Source of the DNA: Parachlamydiales bacterium
GTDB taxonomy: Bacteria > Chlamydiota > Chlamydiia > Chlamydiales > Rhabdochlamydiaceae
NCBI GenBank assembly: GCA_963705295.1
Contig: OY970065.1
Coordinates: forward strand, 1,664,001 to 1,728,000
Direction: 5' to 3'
DNA length: 64,000 nucleotides
A program made the translations under genes and the position numbers. How positions within the stretch are numbered: the stretch's first letter is position 1; each line of letters begins with the position of its first letter. Of the stretch, positions 47,670 to 56,485 are shown one piece after another. The notes under the pieces were generated by a model that searched no databases, was not told the origin of the DNA, and was given only the letters and a program-made list of their open reading frames with translations.

Positions 47670-47803
47670 AAAAAACCTCCTAAATTTGGTTATGCGATCT
47701 ATGCTATCCTTAAGTTGGATTAAATTTCAAACAAAAAGATCAGAAATAGATCATGCCAGTCCAGAAAACGAATGTTTTTAGACAAGAAATCATTTTTTGA
47801 TAT

Positions 47804-48427
47804 TCAGAAAAATATCAGCTTAAAAGCAAATCCTATCAGAAGAATCCCCATGACAAGGGTTAGATGAGGTTGAATACGTTTGAATCTGTGATTAAACGAT
47901 GGGTGAGTGAGAATGAAGCTGAGTAATGCAAACCAAGAAAAAGTAATGAGCACAATTTCTGAAGCTATGAGTGAAAGATGTGCTACAGAAATGGTTGGCT
48001 GAACAATTTGTGTGAAAAGACCCATAACGAATAAACCGGCCTTAGGATTCAGGATATTACATAAAAAACCAGAAACAAAAGCTTGTTTGGCTGATATCTC
48101 TTGACCCATATTTTCTGTTTTTACCTCGGATGCACGGACTTTTTGTTTCCAAATGAGTTGACTACCGAGATAAAACAGATAAGCTGCGCCAGCATATTTG
48201 ATGATCGTATACACGATTTTCGATTGTTGAATGATCACGGCAAGCCCCAGTGATGAATATAAAACGTGAATAAGAAGGGCTAATGCGACACCGAGGCCTG
48301 TTAAAATCCCCATTCGTCTTGAACCGATAAGGCTATTTTTTGTGACCAAGACAAAGTCAGGCCCAGGACTTATTGCACCTAAAAGGACAATCAAACCCAG
48401 AGAAAAGAACTCAAAAAGATTAAACAT
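47804..48427 (-). CDS. LysE/RhtB family amino-acid exporter
   Basis: SPGPDF, GAAYLFYLG, GFLCNILNPKA. Confidence 0.93.
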   Translation of the reverse strand: MFNLFEFFSLGLIVLLGAISPGPDFVLVTKNSLIGSRRMGILTGLGVALALLIHVLYSSLGLAVIIQQSKIVYTIIKYAGAAYLFYLGSQLIWKQKVRASEVKTENMGQEISAKQAFVSGFLCNILNPKAGLFVMGLFTQIVQPTISVAHLSLIASEIVLITFSWFALLSFILTHPSFNHRFKRIQPHLTLVMGILLIGFAFKLIFF

Positions 48428-48462
48428 CGTCAAAATATGATATCAGTTTTGGGTATAGGTTG

Positions 48463-49083
48463 TCACCTTTTTATGGCCCTCGGGTTAATAGAACGTAAAG
48501 ACTCTTCAACAAGAGTACGCCGCCCCTGAGAGGGAATTTTCTGAATCATAGCAAAGGCTTTTTTAACATTGAAAGAGGAGGGTATTTCAATTTCTGGCAA
48601 ACTTTTAAACCAGAGAGATTTTGCTGGCTTTAAATAAAAAAAATCGAGAAGAGCTTTTTCTGGAGTTGCCATTTTAACATGGGTTTTTGGATCAAAGGTA
48701 TAGTCAAAGAAGAATTCAGGTGCAATATGATGCACCGATATGACTCCGAGCGGAGTTTCAATGCGACGTGTCCGTGCAAGAGAAACAACTGTGATAACAC
48801 GGGGAATTTGATCGATCATTCCATGGTGATAAAGAGCGGTTTGTAAAGAGATATAACAAGGAAAAGGTTCTACTAAATATTCCGGAATGAGCAAAGGGTT
48901 TAATTGAAGATCGATAACCCAGAGACCTCTCGATAGATGAATAATGTGTTTTTCCATCGCTAATCTTCTGAGAACCTGACTTGCGTGTCCATTACTCAAA
49001 CCCAGTTTATATGCAACGTCCTCTGTTTTCATCACCGGAACTTTTACACTTTGAAGAACTTTTAAGGCCGATAACAACCTCAT
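48463..49083 (-). CDS. AbiEi-type (type IV TA) antitoxin
   Basis: N-terminal wHTH (LRRLA...LSRGLW); YISLQTALYHHGMIDQ; ATPEKALLD. Confidence 0.85.
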   Translation of the reverse strand: MRLLSALKVLQSVKVPVMKTEDVAYKLGLSNGHASQVLRRLAMEKHIIHLSRGLWVIDLQLNPLLIPEYLVEPFPCYISLQTALYHHGMIDQIPRVITVVSLARTRRIETPLGVISVHHIAPEFFFDYTFDPKTHVKMATPEKALLDFFYLKPAKSLWFKSLPEIEIPSSFNVKKAFAMIQKIPSQGRRTLVEESLRSINPRAIKR

Positions 49084-49820
49084 TGCAGCGACTCCAAATA
49101 CTCAACGACTGTCAACTGAATTTTATTCCAGGTTTCTCGGTTATATTGTGATTGTAAATCTGCCGGAAAAAAAGCTAGAACCTGATCTTTGAAATCAGGA
49201 AAACTAATATGATATGCATTCTCACAAGCTTTTAGTAAATATTCTCGATCCTCTACTTTCACTCTGTAGGCATGCATGAGGTGAAAAAGGTCCCAAATAT
49301 CGCGAGCTTGCGTTTCGGTTCGAGAAGCTAAGGCCCTTATTTTTTGTTTAAATGCAATCTCAGGGCCATAATGAGGTACAAAGATGGGGTATAGCCGATA
49401 TGCATTTAATACAGCAGAGTCGATCGATTCAAATTCTACAGGAACTTCAAGGCCTCTTCTTGAAAACTCGATTTTGGTGGGAAAAGACATTCCTGCGTCA
49501 GTTTTTAATAGAACTTTCCAACGTTGCGTTGTTTCTGTTTGTTTCGGTTCGGAAATTTGAGCAATTTCAAGTGTATGGGCTTTAAGAATCGTAGCCAGCG
49601 CAGGAGATAATAAAATGTTATTGACAGTTTTTTGTAGTGTTGTAACTCGGATAGTTTTTACATCAAGATCAATATCTTGAGAATAACGAATACTTCCCAA
49701 AAAAAATCTGAGATTGCAACCACCTTTTAGAGAATAGAGTCGTTTGTCTAACCTTCTTCCTAATTGATCTAAAAAAACGAGATGAAAAAACTCTACACTC
49801 TGAACAGGATCGTATTTCAT
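49080..49820 (-). CDS. AbiEii-type nucleotidyltransferase toxin
   Basis: LKGGCNL...RYSQDIDL; KIEFS; QKIRAL..R...RDIWD. Confidence 0.88.
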   Translation of the reverse strand: MKYDPVQSVEFFHLVFLDQLGRRLDKRLYSLKGGCNLRFFLGSIRYSQDIDLDVKTIRVTTLQKTVNNILLSPALATILKAHTLEIAQISEPKQTETTQRWKVLLKTDAGMSFPTKIEFSRRGLEVPVEFESIDSAVLNAYRLYPIFVPHYGPEIAFKQKIRALASRTETQARDIWDLFHLMHAYRVKVEDREYLLKACENAYHISFPDFKDQVLAFFPADLQSQYNRETWNKIQLTVVEYLESLQ

Positions 49821-49826
49821 TTTTTT

Positions 49827-49855
49827 ATAATACGAATAAATGACACTAATGTCAA
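49827..49855 (-). promoter_or_regulatory. Near-consensus sigma66 promoter with palindromic operator
   Basis: TTGACA-N17-TATTAT on the minus strand, 6 nt from the ATG; TGACA-N4-TGTCA palindrome (49841-49854). Confidence 0.75.
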
Positions 49856-49973
49856 CCATTTGTATTATGGACATAAGCTTTTAATCCTTAAGTATATAAA
49901 TCACTGAATCTCTCGAGCTTGTTCTAAAACGATCTTAAATGTAGACTCACACAAAAGCATAATAGGAATTTTT

Positions 49974-51059
49974 ATGAATATATCGTTGGTTTTTTTAAGG
50001 GTGTTGTTTCTGGTGCTCAGCATGGTGTTCATGACCATTTATATGCATTCGATGCCTGAGGGGAAAACGTTTTCCAACACGATTTTTGGAATGGGACTGG
50101 GTTTTGTTTTTGGAATGTTGCTGATTGGACTCGATATGACCTTTCGAAGGTTCAACCTACGATCATTTAATATTGCGATCATTGGAATTTTCATCGGCTA
50201 TTTGATGGGCCAGGCGCTGATTTTGGTATTCGATGCGATCGTCGACATCAGTTCCATTTCCGTTGTGTTCAAACCGCAGACGTTGGAGATCATCAAGATT
50301 GCCCTTCTTCTCTTTGGTGTTTACCTTGGAATGGTTATGACCTTGCGATCGAGCGATGAACTCTATATCAGCATTCCGTTTGTTCGCCTCACACAGGCAG
50401 CCCAGAAGAAAAAAGATCTCGTTGTCGATATCTCTGTTCTTGCCGACCCTCGCATTTATGACTTGGCGGCGACAGGACTTTTGGATCATCAGCTCATTAT
50501 TCCACGATTTGTCATTAAGGAACTGTATGCCCAAGCTGAAACAGGGGATGAAAACACCAAACATCGGGCGAAACGGTGCCTGGAGGTGGCTAAAAAACTA
50601 GAAGAGATCCCCCATCTGGGCCTTCGGTATAACGAGACCGACTTTCCTGACGTCAAAGACATGATGGGAAAAATCGTCCGGCTCTCTCGTCTTCTCGATG
50701 CAAATATTTTGAGTTCCGACATCAGCCGTGTACAAATGGCTACGATTGAGGGTATCACCGTTATTAATATCCACGCGCTGTCCAATGCCTTAAAACCGCT
50801 CATGCAAGGTGGGGAACTCATCCGCATTAAAATCCAAAGATATGGAAAAGAACCGCGTCAAGGAGTCGGCTACCTTGAAGATGGAACAATGGTCGTTGTC
50901 AATGGCGGAGGAGACTACATCGGCCAAACGATCGAAGCGCGGGTTCTCTCTGTCAAACACACCTCTTCAGGACGGATGGTTTTCTGTAATGTTGCCGAAG
51001 AAGAGGGTGAAGAGCCACCTTTTACAGAAGAAGAACCTACGGAAGATGAGGAACAGTAG
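49974..51059 (+). CDS. Membrane PIN/TRAM domain protein (YacL family)
   Basis: 4 TMs; VDISVLADPRI PIN; GKEPRQGVGYLEDGTMVVV TRAM. Confidence 0.9.
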   Translation: MNISLVFLRVLFLVLSMVFMTIYMHSMPEGKTFSNTIFGMGLGFVFGMLLIGLDMTFRRFNLRSFNIAIIGIFIGYLMGQALILVFDAIVDISSISVVFKPQTLEIIKIALLLFGVYLGMVMTLRSSDELYISIPFVRLTQAAQKKKDLVVDISVLADPRIYDLAATGLLDHQLIIPRFVIKELYAQAETGDENTKHRAKRCLEVAKKLEEIPHLGLRYNETDFPDVKDMMGKIVRLSRLLDANILSSDISRVQMATIEGITVINIHALSNALKPLMQGGELIRIKIQRYGKEPRQGVGYLEDGTMVVVNGGGDYIGQTIEARVLSVKHTSSGRMVFCNVAEEEGEEPPFTEEEPTEDEEQ

Positions 51060-51060
51060 A

Positions 51061-51429
51061 GTGGTCCTCGGTGTTGGCAATGACATCCTAGAAATCGAAA
51101 GAATCCGCGAAGCGTATGAAACTCACGGAGATCGATTTCTCCAGCGTCTTTTCACAGAGCTCGAAATCGCCTATTGCGCCAAACATGCCGACCCGGTCCC
51201 CCACTATGCAGCCCGCTTTTCCGCCAAAGAATCGATCGTCAAAGCATTCGGTACCGGCTTCGGCGAGCAAATCTCTTGGCACGACATCGAGATTCTCAAT
51301 GATGAACAAGGAAAACCCGAGGTCACCTTTTCAAATGGCCTTGATACACAATTCAATCATCCCGAGGTTCTCATCTCCATCAGCCATTGTAAACATTACG
51401 TTGTAACCATAGCAATAAGGGTAAAATAA
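51061..51429 (+). CDS. acpS: Holo-ACP synthase
   Basis: GVGNDILEIERI; ARFSAKES..KAFGTG; SISH; GTG start after GAGG (alternative ATG at 51046). Confidence 0.95.
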   Translation: MVLGVGNDILEIERIREAYETHGDRFLQRLFTELEIAYCAKHADPVPHYAARFSAKESIVKAFGTGFGEQISWHDIEILNDEQGKPEVTFSNGLDTQFNHPEVLISISHCKHYVVTIAIRVK

Positions 51430-51431
51430 CC

Positions 51432-52232
51432 ATGAAAAAATTACCGTTGTTCCTTTTATTTTCAAGTGCACTCCTTGCTGGAGAAAGAGTCGAGAAAGCT
51501 CAGAAAGATCTAGAAGAGGCGAAAAGAGGCGAGGCCCAGCTAAAAGGTGAGTATTATTGCGAACCCCTATGTGTCGGTCTTTACAACTTTCAACTCAAAG
51601 GGGGGATTGCTCCCATTGTTTGGACAGGGCGTGAACATTTTCAAGTCCCGACCTGTGAAAATTTTAAATCGTTCCATCGGTTGCCACCGTTCCATAATCT
51701 TTTTTCACTCCCTTGGATGCTCGGCGTCGAGTTTGGTTTTGCGTTGACCAATCACATCGAAATCTATTCTGATTTTCATTATATACAAGCCTCTGGGAAA
51801 CATTTTTCTCTCCATCTTCCGAACCATCCTGTCACACTCCACAACAAATTCAGCGATTATAAATCCCTCTCGCTCTATCTCGGCACCGATTACCACCTTG
51901 AAATCGCCAAAACCCTCTCTTTCTTGTACGGAATTAAAATCGGCTTCACCCATCATGTTCCCTTAAAAGTCCGTACTCGAAGAGCCCATCATCCGCACGT
52001 CACCACATACATCCCCGGAAATAATGTCTTCAGCGGTGGCGGCCGGATCGGCCTCAAATACCGCGTCTGGAAAGGGCTCTCCCTCTTCTTCCTCACCGAA
52101 TGCCTCGCCAACTCGGGCCCTCGCCTCGAAAAAGGAACCATCGAATCTCACCATCTCCCCCCCATACAATTCCCCAGCATCAGCACCGAAATCGTCTTCC
52201 CAATTACCTTGGGCCTCCATTATGTCTTTTAA
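51432..52232 (+). CDS. Outer-membrane beta-barrel-like protein
   Basis: Signal peptide MKKLPLFLLFSSALLA; amphipathic strands; terminal LGLHYVF. Confidence 0.6.
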   Translation: MKKLPLFLLFSSALLAGERVEKAQKDLEEAKRGEAQLKGEYYCEPLCVGLYNFQLKGGIAPIVWTGREHFQVPTCENFKSFHRLPPFHNLFSLPWMLGVEFGFALTNHIEIYSDFHYIQASGKHFSLHLPNHPVTLHNKFSDYKSLSLYLGTDYHLEIAKTLSFLYGIKIGFTHHVPLKVRTRRAHHPHVTTYIPGNNVFSGGGRIGLKYRVWKGLSLFFLTECLANSGPRLEKGTIESHHLPPIQFPSISTEIVFPITLGLHYVF

Positions 52233-55200
52233 TGAGTTTTTCCGGATAAAAGGGTGAGCTGGTTTTTTGCATCGGCATCGCCTTGATCGGCTGCTCTTTT
52301 AAACCACTTGAGAGCTTCTTGACGATCAGGTTTAGGTAATCCTTCCCCATGGAGACAGCATAAGGCGAAGTAATATTGAGCTGGGATAAAACCTTGCTGA
52401 GCAGCTCTTTTATACCATTCTACAGCCATTTTGCGATCTTGAGTTACACCTCCTCCATGATAGAGACAAGATCCATAATAATATTGGGCTGCAGGGATAT
52501 TTCGCTCTGCAGCTTTTCGATACCATTTTGCCGCATCCTCGATTTTCTGAGGAACCCCGTTTCCTTTGAAGTAGCAAACTCCTAAATTACATTGAGCCTG
52601 GGGATGACCTCTTTCAGCCGCTTTTTCATACCACTTAGCCCCTTCTGGGAGGTTCTCGGGAACTCCACGTCCTTCGGAATAACAAACCCCTAAGCTATAT
52701 AAAGCTTCAGGATGATATCTCTCTGCTGCCCTTCGAAACCAATGAAGGGCCTCTTTATAATTTCGTGGGACTGCATCTCCCTGGAAATAACAAGATCCGA
52801 GTTCAAACTGGGCTTGGCAATCTTCTTTTTCAGCCTTTTCTAATAGAGTTAAAATCTTGACCTGGTTTTTTGCATCGACGTCACCCTGCTGAGCCGCTCT
52901 TGCAAACCATTGGACGGCTTCTTTACGATCAGCTTTAGCGACCCCTTCTCCATTAAGATAACAGAGCGCGAGATAATATTGAGCTGAAGCAAGACCTTGC
53001 TCCGCTGCTTTTTTATAATATTCGACGGCTGTACTACGGTGTTGAGATACCCCTTTGCCATGATAAAAACAAGATGCCAAGTAGTATTGTGCTTCTGCAA
53101 TGTTCCTATTTGCCGCCTTCTGATACCATTTGGCTGCTTCATCATGATCCTGAAGAACTCCTTGCCCTTTGAAGTAGCAGATACCCAGACTACACTGAGC
53201 CTCGGCATTATTTTTGTCCGCAGCTTTTCGAAACCAAGCCGCAGCCTGAACATAATCTCGAGGTCGCCCGACCCCAAAATAAAAACAATTTCCAAGCCTA
53301 TATTCAGCTTCTGCAAACCCTTGCTCCGCTGCTTTTAGATACCATTTCACCGCTTCTTCATGATCCTGAGGCACTCTCCTGCCAAAATAAAAACAATTCC
53401 CCAATTCACACTGAGATGCAGCATCACCGCGCACAGCACCTATTTCCAATACTAACAGTTGTAGGACAGCTTGCAGATTTTTGAAAAGTTCCGGCGAAAT
53501 CTTTTTTTCATCCTTCCATTTCATTAAAAGTTCTACTTTTATCAAATGGGCTTTTCCAACTCCTAGGATTTTATTAGCCAAAACATCGAGAACATCTCTG
53601 TTTATTCCTTCAGAGCGGAGAGAAGCTCTAAGTCTCTCCTCTATATCTTTTAAGAACTTATAGTAAGTAAATAGAATAGTCTGAGGAAACCTTATGCAGA
53701 CAATTTCCGTTTCCACTTTTGCAATCAAATCGTGAAAGCGAGCGCTGTATAGAGCATCTAAACAAACCCCGACGAGTTTTCTAAAGGAATCATATGAGTT
53801 AAATACGTCTCTCTGTTGATCAAAAAGCCGCGAAGAGTTCTCTTCGGAAGCAAAGTAGAACCTGAGTAAATTATATATGGCAGGGTGATACCAAGGGGTT
53901 TGCAAATAAGTCCCAATAAGATTGAGAACAGGATCCACACTGTCCTTACCATAAAATTCTTCGATTCCCTTTAAACCAGATACCGATGGTCTTGCATATA
54001 CAGTGCCATAATACTCATTGAACAGAGGATCCGTATCTTCTAATAATCTTCTAACCCATTTAACCCGATACAATTTCCGTAAATGGAGATTTGAAGGAGA
54101 ACCGAACTGTTCGCTCAAACGATGTCCCTCGCGAGACCAACGATGAACAAAGACATTATCGACTAATTGACTTTCTATTTTTGCGACGTACTTATTAGAA
54201 ACTGGAAATTCAATAAAATTAATATTCAATAACATTAAAAACTGTTCGAGTGCAGCCCCTTCTAAAGGAGCCTGGAAAAGCTGAATATAAAACTCGTGAT
54301 CAAGACACTCTAACAAGGTCATATTAGAGGACAAATAAAACCGGATCAACCTTACAACATCTGACACGGTCAATTTATTAATATGAAATAAAGGGACTTC
54401 TTCTTTAAGCGCTGTTTCAATTTGAGATGGCAAGCCCTTAAGAAAGACCTCTATGATGAATTGAGTGATCCGATTTTGGACCCAGTGATGAAGTTCGGGA
54501 TCTTGTAGAAAAATCTTTTCCAAGCTTTGCAAGAGGGATTCGTCCTGTAAAAGGGAAGACGGGTCGTTCTTAAGAGAGTATTCGATCCAGTTTTTGATAA
54601 AACTTGAAATGACGAGGGGGATATTTTGAGACGGAGGGAAAAGCAAAAGATATTCCAAGGCCTCGACAACTTTTTCATAAGGTAGAGGATCTTGAAAGTT
54701 GATTCCCGTCAATAAAGTGATCGATCCTTTCTGCTTTGAATCAACATTTTTTGATAGAAGGGTAACATCTCCATATTCTCGGGCAAGGCTAACAAGCGCG
54801 GCTGAGAGTGGCCTCGTATCCAATAACCATTCTAAGATCAGCCTCAAATGAGAACGGGTGTTTTCCGCTCCTACAAGCTGCTCTATCGCAGATTGAAGAG
54901 CTTTCAATGTGATCTTGATATCACCCAAGACTACTTTGCGGATGACATCAATAGCTGGTTTTTTAGCCGGAATTGCTGATGCATGCAATACATCGAGAAA
55001 AATTTTCAATCGATCGATATTTTTTTCTTTTAGTAATACGAAAATGTAAACACTAAAATCGTTATAAATCAGATTAAATAGAGATAAAATTTCACTCGCA
55101 GGTCTAGGAACAGGCTTGAACCTCTCCTCAATGTATGTAGAAAACTCATTTAGAACAGATAGGAATTCAATATAATCCTGGGGCAGTGGATCCCGAATCT

Positions 55201-56482
55201 TTCTTTGCTGAAGCTCAAGCATCCTGGGTCGGACTCTTTCCAAAATTAGACAAGTTTTGGCAAGTAATTCTGTACATACCGAGGTAAATGAAACAGCATT
55301 AACAGAATTGGCTACCTTTCTTAGCTTTTCAAATGTATCTCGTAGAAAACAAAAAGCATGAACAAAATCAGAAAGTTCAGCATTGTTCATGCTCATGTTG
55401 AACTGAATCAGGTCATAAACATCAACTAAAGTAGAAAGATCAACAAATACGCCCTCCAAAATAATGCTCAATTGAGAGGAAGTCGAACCAAGTTGATAAG
55501 GGATTCCTCCCGGATATCTTTGCCATTCCAATTGGTTGAGACGATTCTTTAAACTTTCATCGCCTGCTTCTAAAATATGGGTGTGAAAAACTCTAACTGC
55601 AGAGGCATCGAGTGTCTTTCTAGGCTCTGTAGGGAAAAAAAGACGATTTAGAGGTCCACTGATTGCCAATTCGGGAGGAGGTCTCTCGAATAAAGATTGA
55701 ATTTTTTGCACCAAATTATAGAGTACATCGTCCTGATTCAGATCCTTAGATTCACAGGCTAACTCTAACCGCAGAAGCATACCTTCTGCAAGCGAGCGAA
55801 ACTGCTCATCAACTCTGTCCAATAGAGATGATAGATAATGATTGCAGTTATCGTAAAACTGTGGACAGACATAGAACGGATTGGGAATGGTAAGCGTGGG
55901 GGTTTGTAAAATCGGAATTCTAGGTAAAGCTATTTCAGAAGTTCTTGAAAAGATAGCCTTTCTGTCACCCAATTTAGCCAGCTCACGTTGAGCATTGAGA
56001 CTATAAGCTTTCATTTTGGCCAACAAATCCCTAGCTCTCATCAGCTGTGGAGAAGATAGATATGCCCATTTTGCTTGACTAAGCCATCGAATTTTTAGTT
56101 TTTCTACTTCGCCCGGGTTTTTCGGCCGAGACGAAAGCCCTGCCCAAAAAGCCTCCGAGGTAAGTTTCGTTCCGATTTCAATGTACCACCGATCGAGCAA
56201 TAACATTTTTAATTCTTGACCCGAGGTGATTTTATGCAACTCTTGCAGAGTGATGTCTGCATGCAACTTCGAGCGAAGTTCTTTAAAAAATGTAGGATCT
56301 AAAGCTGAGATAAATAGATTCCCGAATTCACGAATAATGTTCTGAAACTCTCGGAGCCTATCAGGAGAGAGAAACAGCAACCCATAAGGCGGCCCCCTCA
56401 TCAAGTCATGGTTTTTTAAAGTCGGAGAAGTCCCTAGAGCTCTAGGAAGATCGAAGCATTGAAAAGGATTACTCGCCGACAT
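52229..56482 (-). CDS. Large protein with ~1000-aa unknown N-terminus and C-terminal Sel1 repeats
   Basis: About ten AQxxLG.CY..G.GV..D..EA..WY.KAA.QG repeats in two blocks of five. Confidence 0.88.
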   Translation of the reverse strand: MSASNPFQCFDLPRALGTSPTLKNHDLMRGPPYGLLFLSPDRLREFQNIIREFGNLFISALDPTFFKELRSKLHADITLQELHKITSGQELKMLLLDRWYIEIGTKLTSEAFWAGLSSRPKNPGEVEKLKIRWLSQAKWAYLSSPQLMRARDLLAKMKAYSLNAQRELAKLGDRKAIFSRTSEIALPRIPILQTPTLTIPNPFYVCPQFYDNCNHYLSSLLDRVDEQFRSLAEGMLLRLELACESKDLNQDDVLYNLVQKIQSLFERPPPELAISGPLNRLFFPTEPRKTLDASAVRVFHTHILEAGDESLKNRLNQLEWQRYPGGIPYQLGSTSSQLSIILEGVFVDLSTLVDVYDLIQFNMSMNNAELSDFVHAFCFLRDTFEKLRKVANSVNAVSFTSVCTELLAKTCLILERVRPRMLELQQRKIRDPLPQDYIEFLSVLNEFSTYIEERFKPVPRPASEILSLFNLIYNDFSVYIFVLLKEKNIDRLKIFLDVLHASAIPAKKPAIDVIRKVVLGDIKITLKALQSAIEQLVGAENTRSHLRLILEWLLDTRPLSAALVSLAREYGDVTLLSKNVDSKQKGSITLLTGINFQDPLPYEKVVEALEYLLLFPPSQNIPLVISSFIKNWIEYSLKNDPSSLLQDESLLQSLEKIFLQDPELHHWVQNRITQFIIEVFLKGLPSQIETALKEEVPLFHINKLTVSDVVRLIRFYLSSNMTLLECLDHEFYIQLFQAPLEGAALEQFLMLLNINFIEFPVSNKYVAKIESQLVDNVFVHRWSREGHRLSEQFGSPSNLHLRKLYRVKWVRRLLEDTDPLFNEYYGTVYARPSVSGLKGIEEFYGKDSVDPVLNLIGTYLQTPWYHPAIYNLLRFYFASEENSSRLFDQQRDVFNSYDSFRKLVGVCLDALYSARFHDLIAKVETEIVCIRFPQTILFTYYKFLKDIEERLRASLRSEGINRDVLDVLANKILGVGKAHLIKVELLMKWKDEKKISPELFKNLQAVLQLLVLEIGAVRGDAASQCELGNCFYFGRRVPQDHEEAVKWYLKAAEQGFAEAEYRLGNCFYFGVGRPRDYVQAAAWFRKAADKNNAEAQCSLGICYFKGQGVLQDHDEAAKWYQKAANRNIAEAQYYLASCFYHGKGVSQHRSTAVEYYKKAAEQGLASAQYYLALCYLNGEGVAKADRKEAVQWFARAAQQGDVDAKNQVKILTLLEKAEKEDCQAQFELGSCYFQGDAVPRNYKEALHWFRRAAERYHPEALYSLGVCYSEGRGVPENLPEGAKWYEKAAERGHPQAQCNLGVCYFKGNGVPQKIEDAAKWYRKAAERNIPAAQYYYGSCLYHGGGVTQDRKMAVEWYKRAAQQGFIPAQYYFALCCLHGEGLPKPDRQEALKWFKRAADQGDADAKNQLTLLSGKTH

Positions 56483-56485
56483 AGC

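Noticed and set aside
50809..51060. Long N-terminal extension of AcpS
   Set aside because: Overlaps the PIN/TRAM gene; AcpS homology starts at the GTG at 51061
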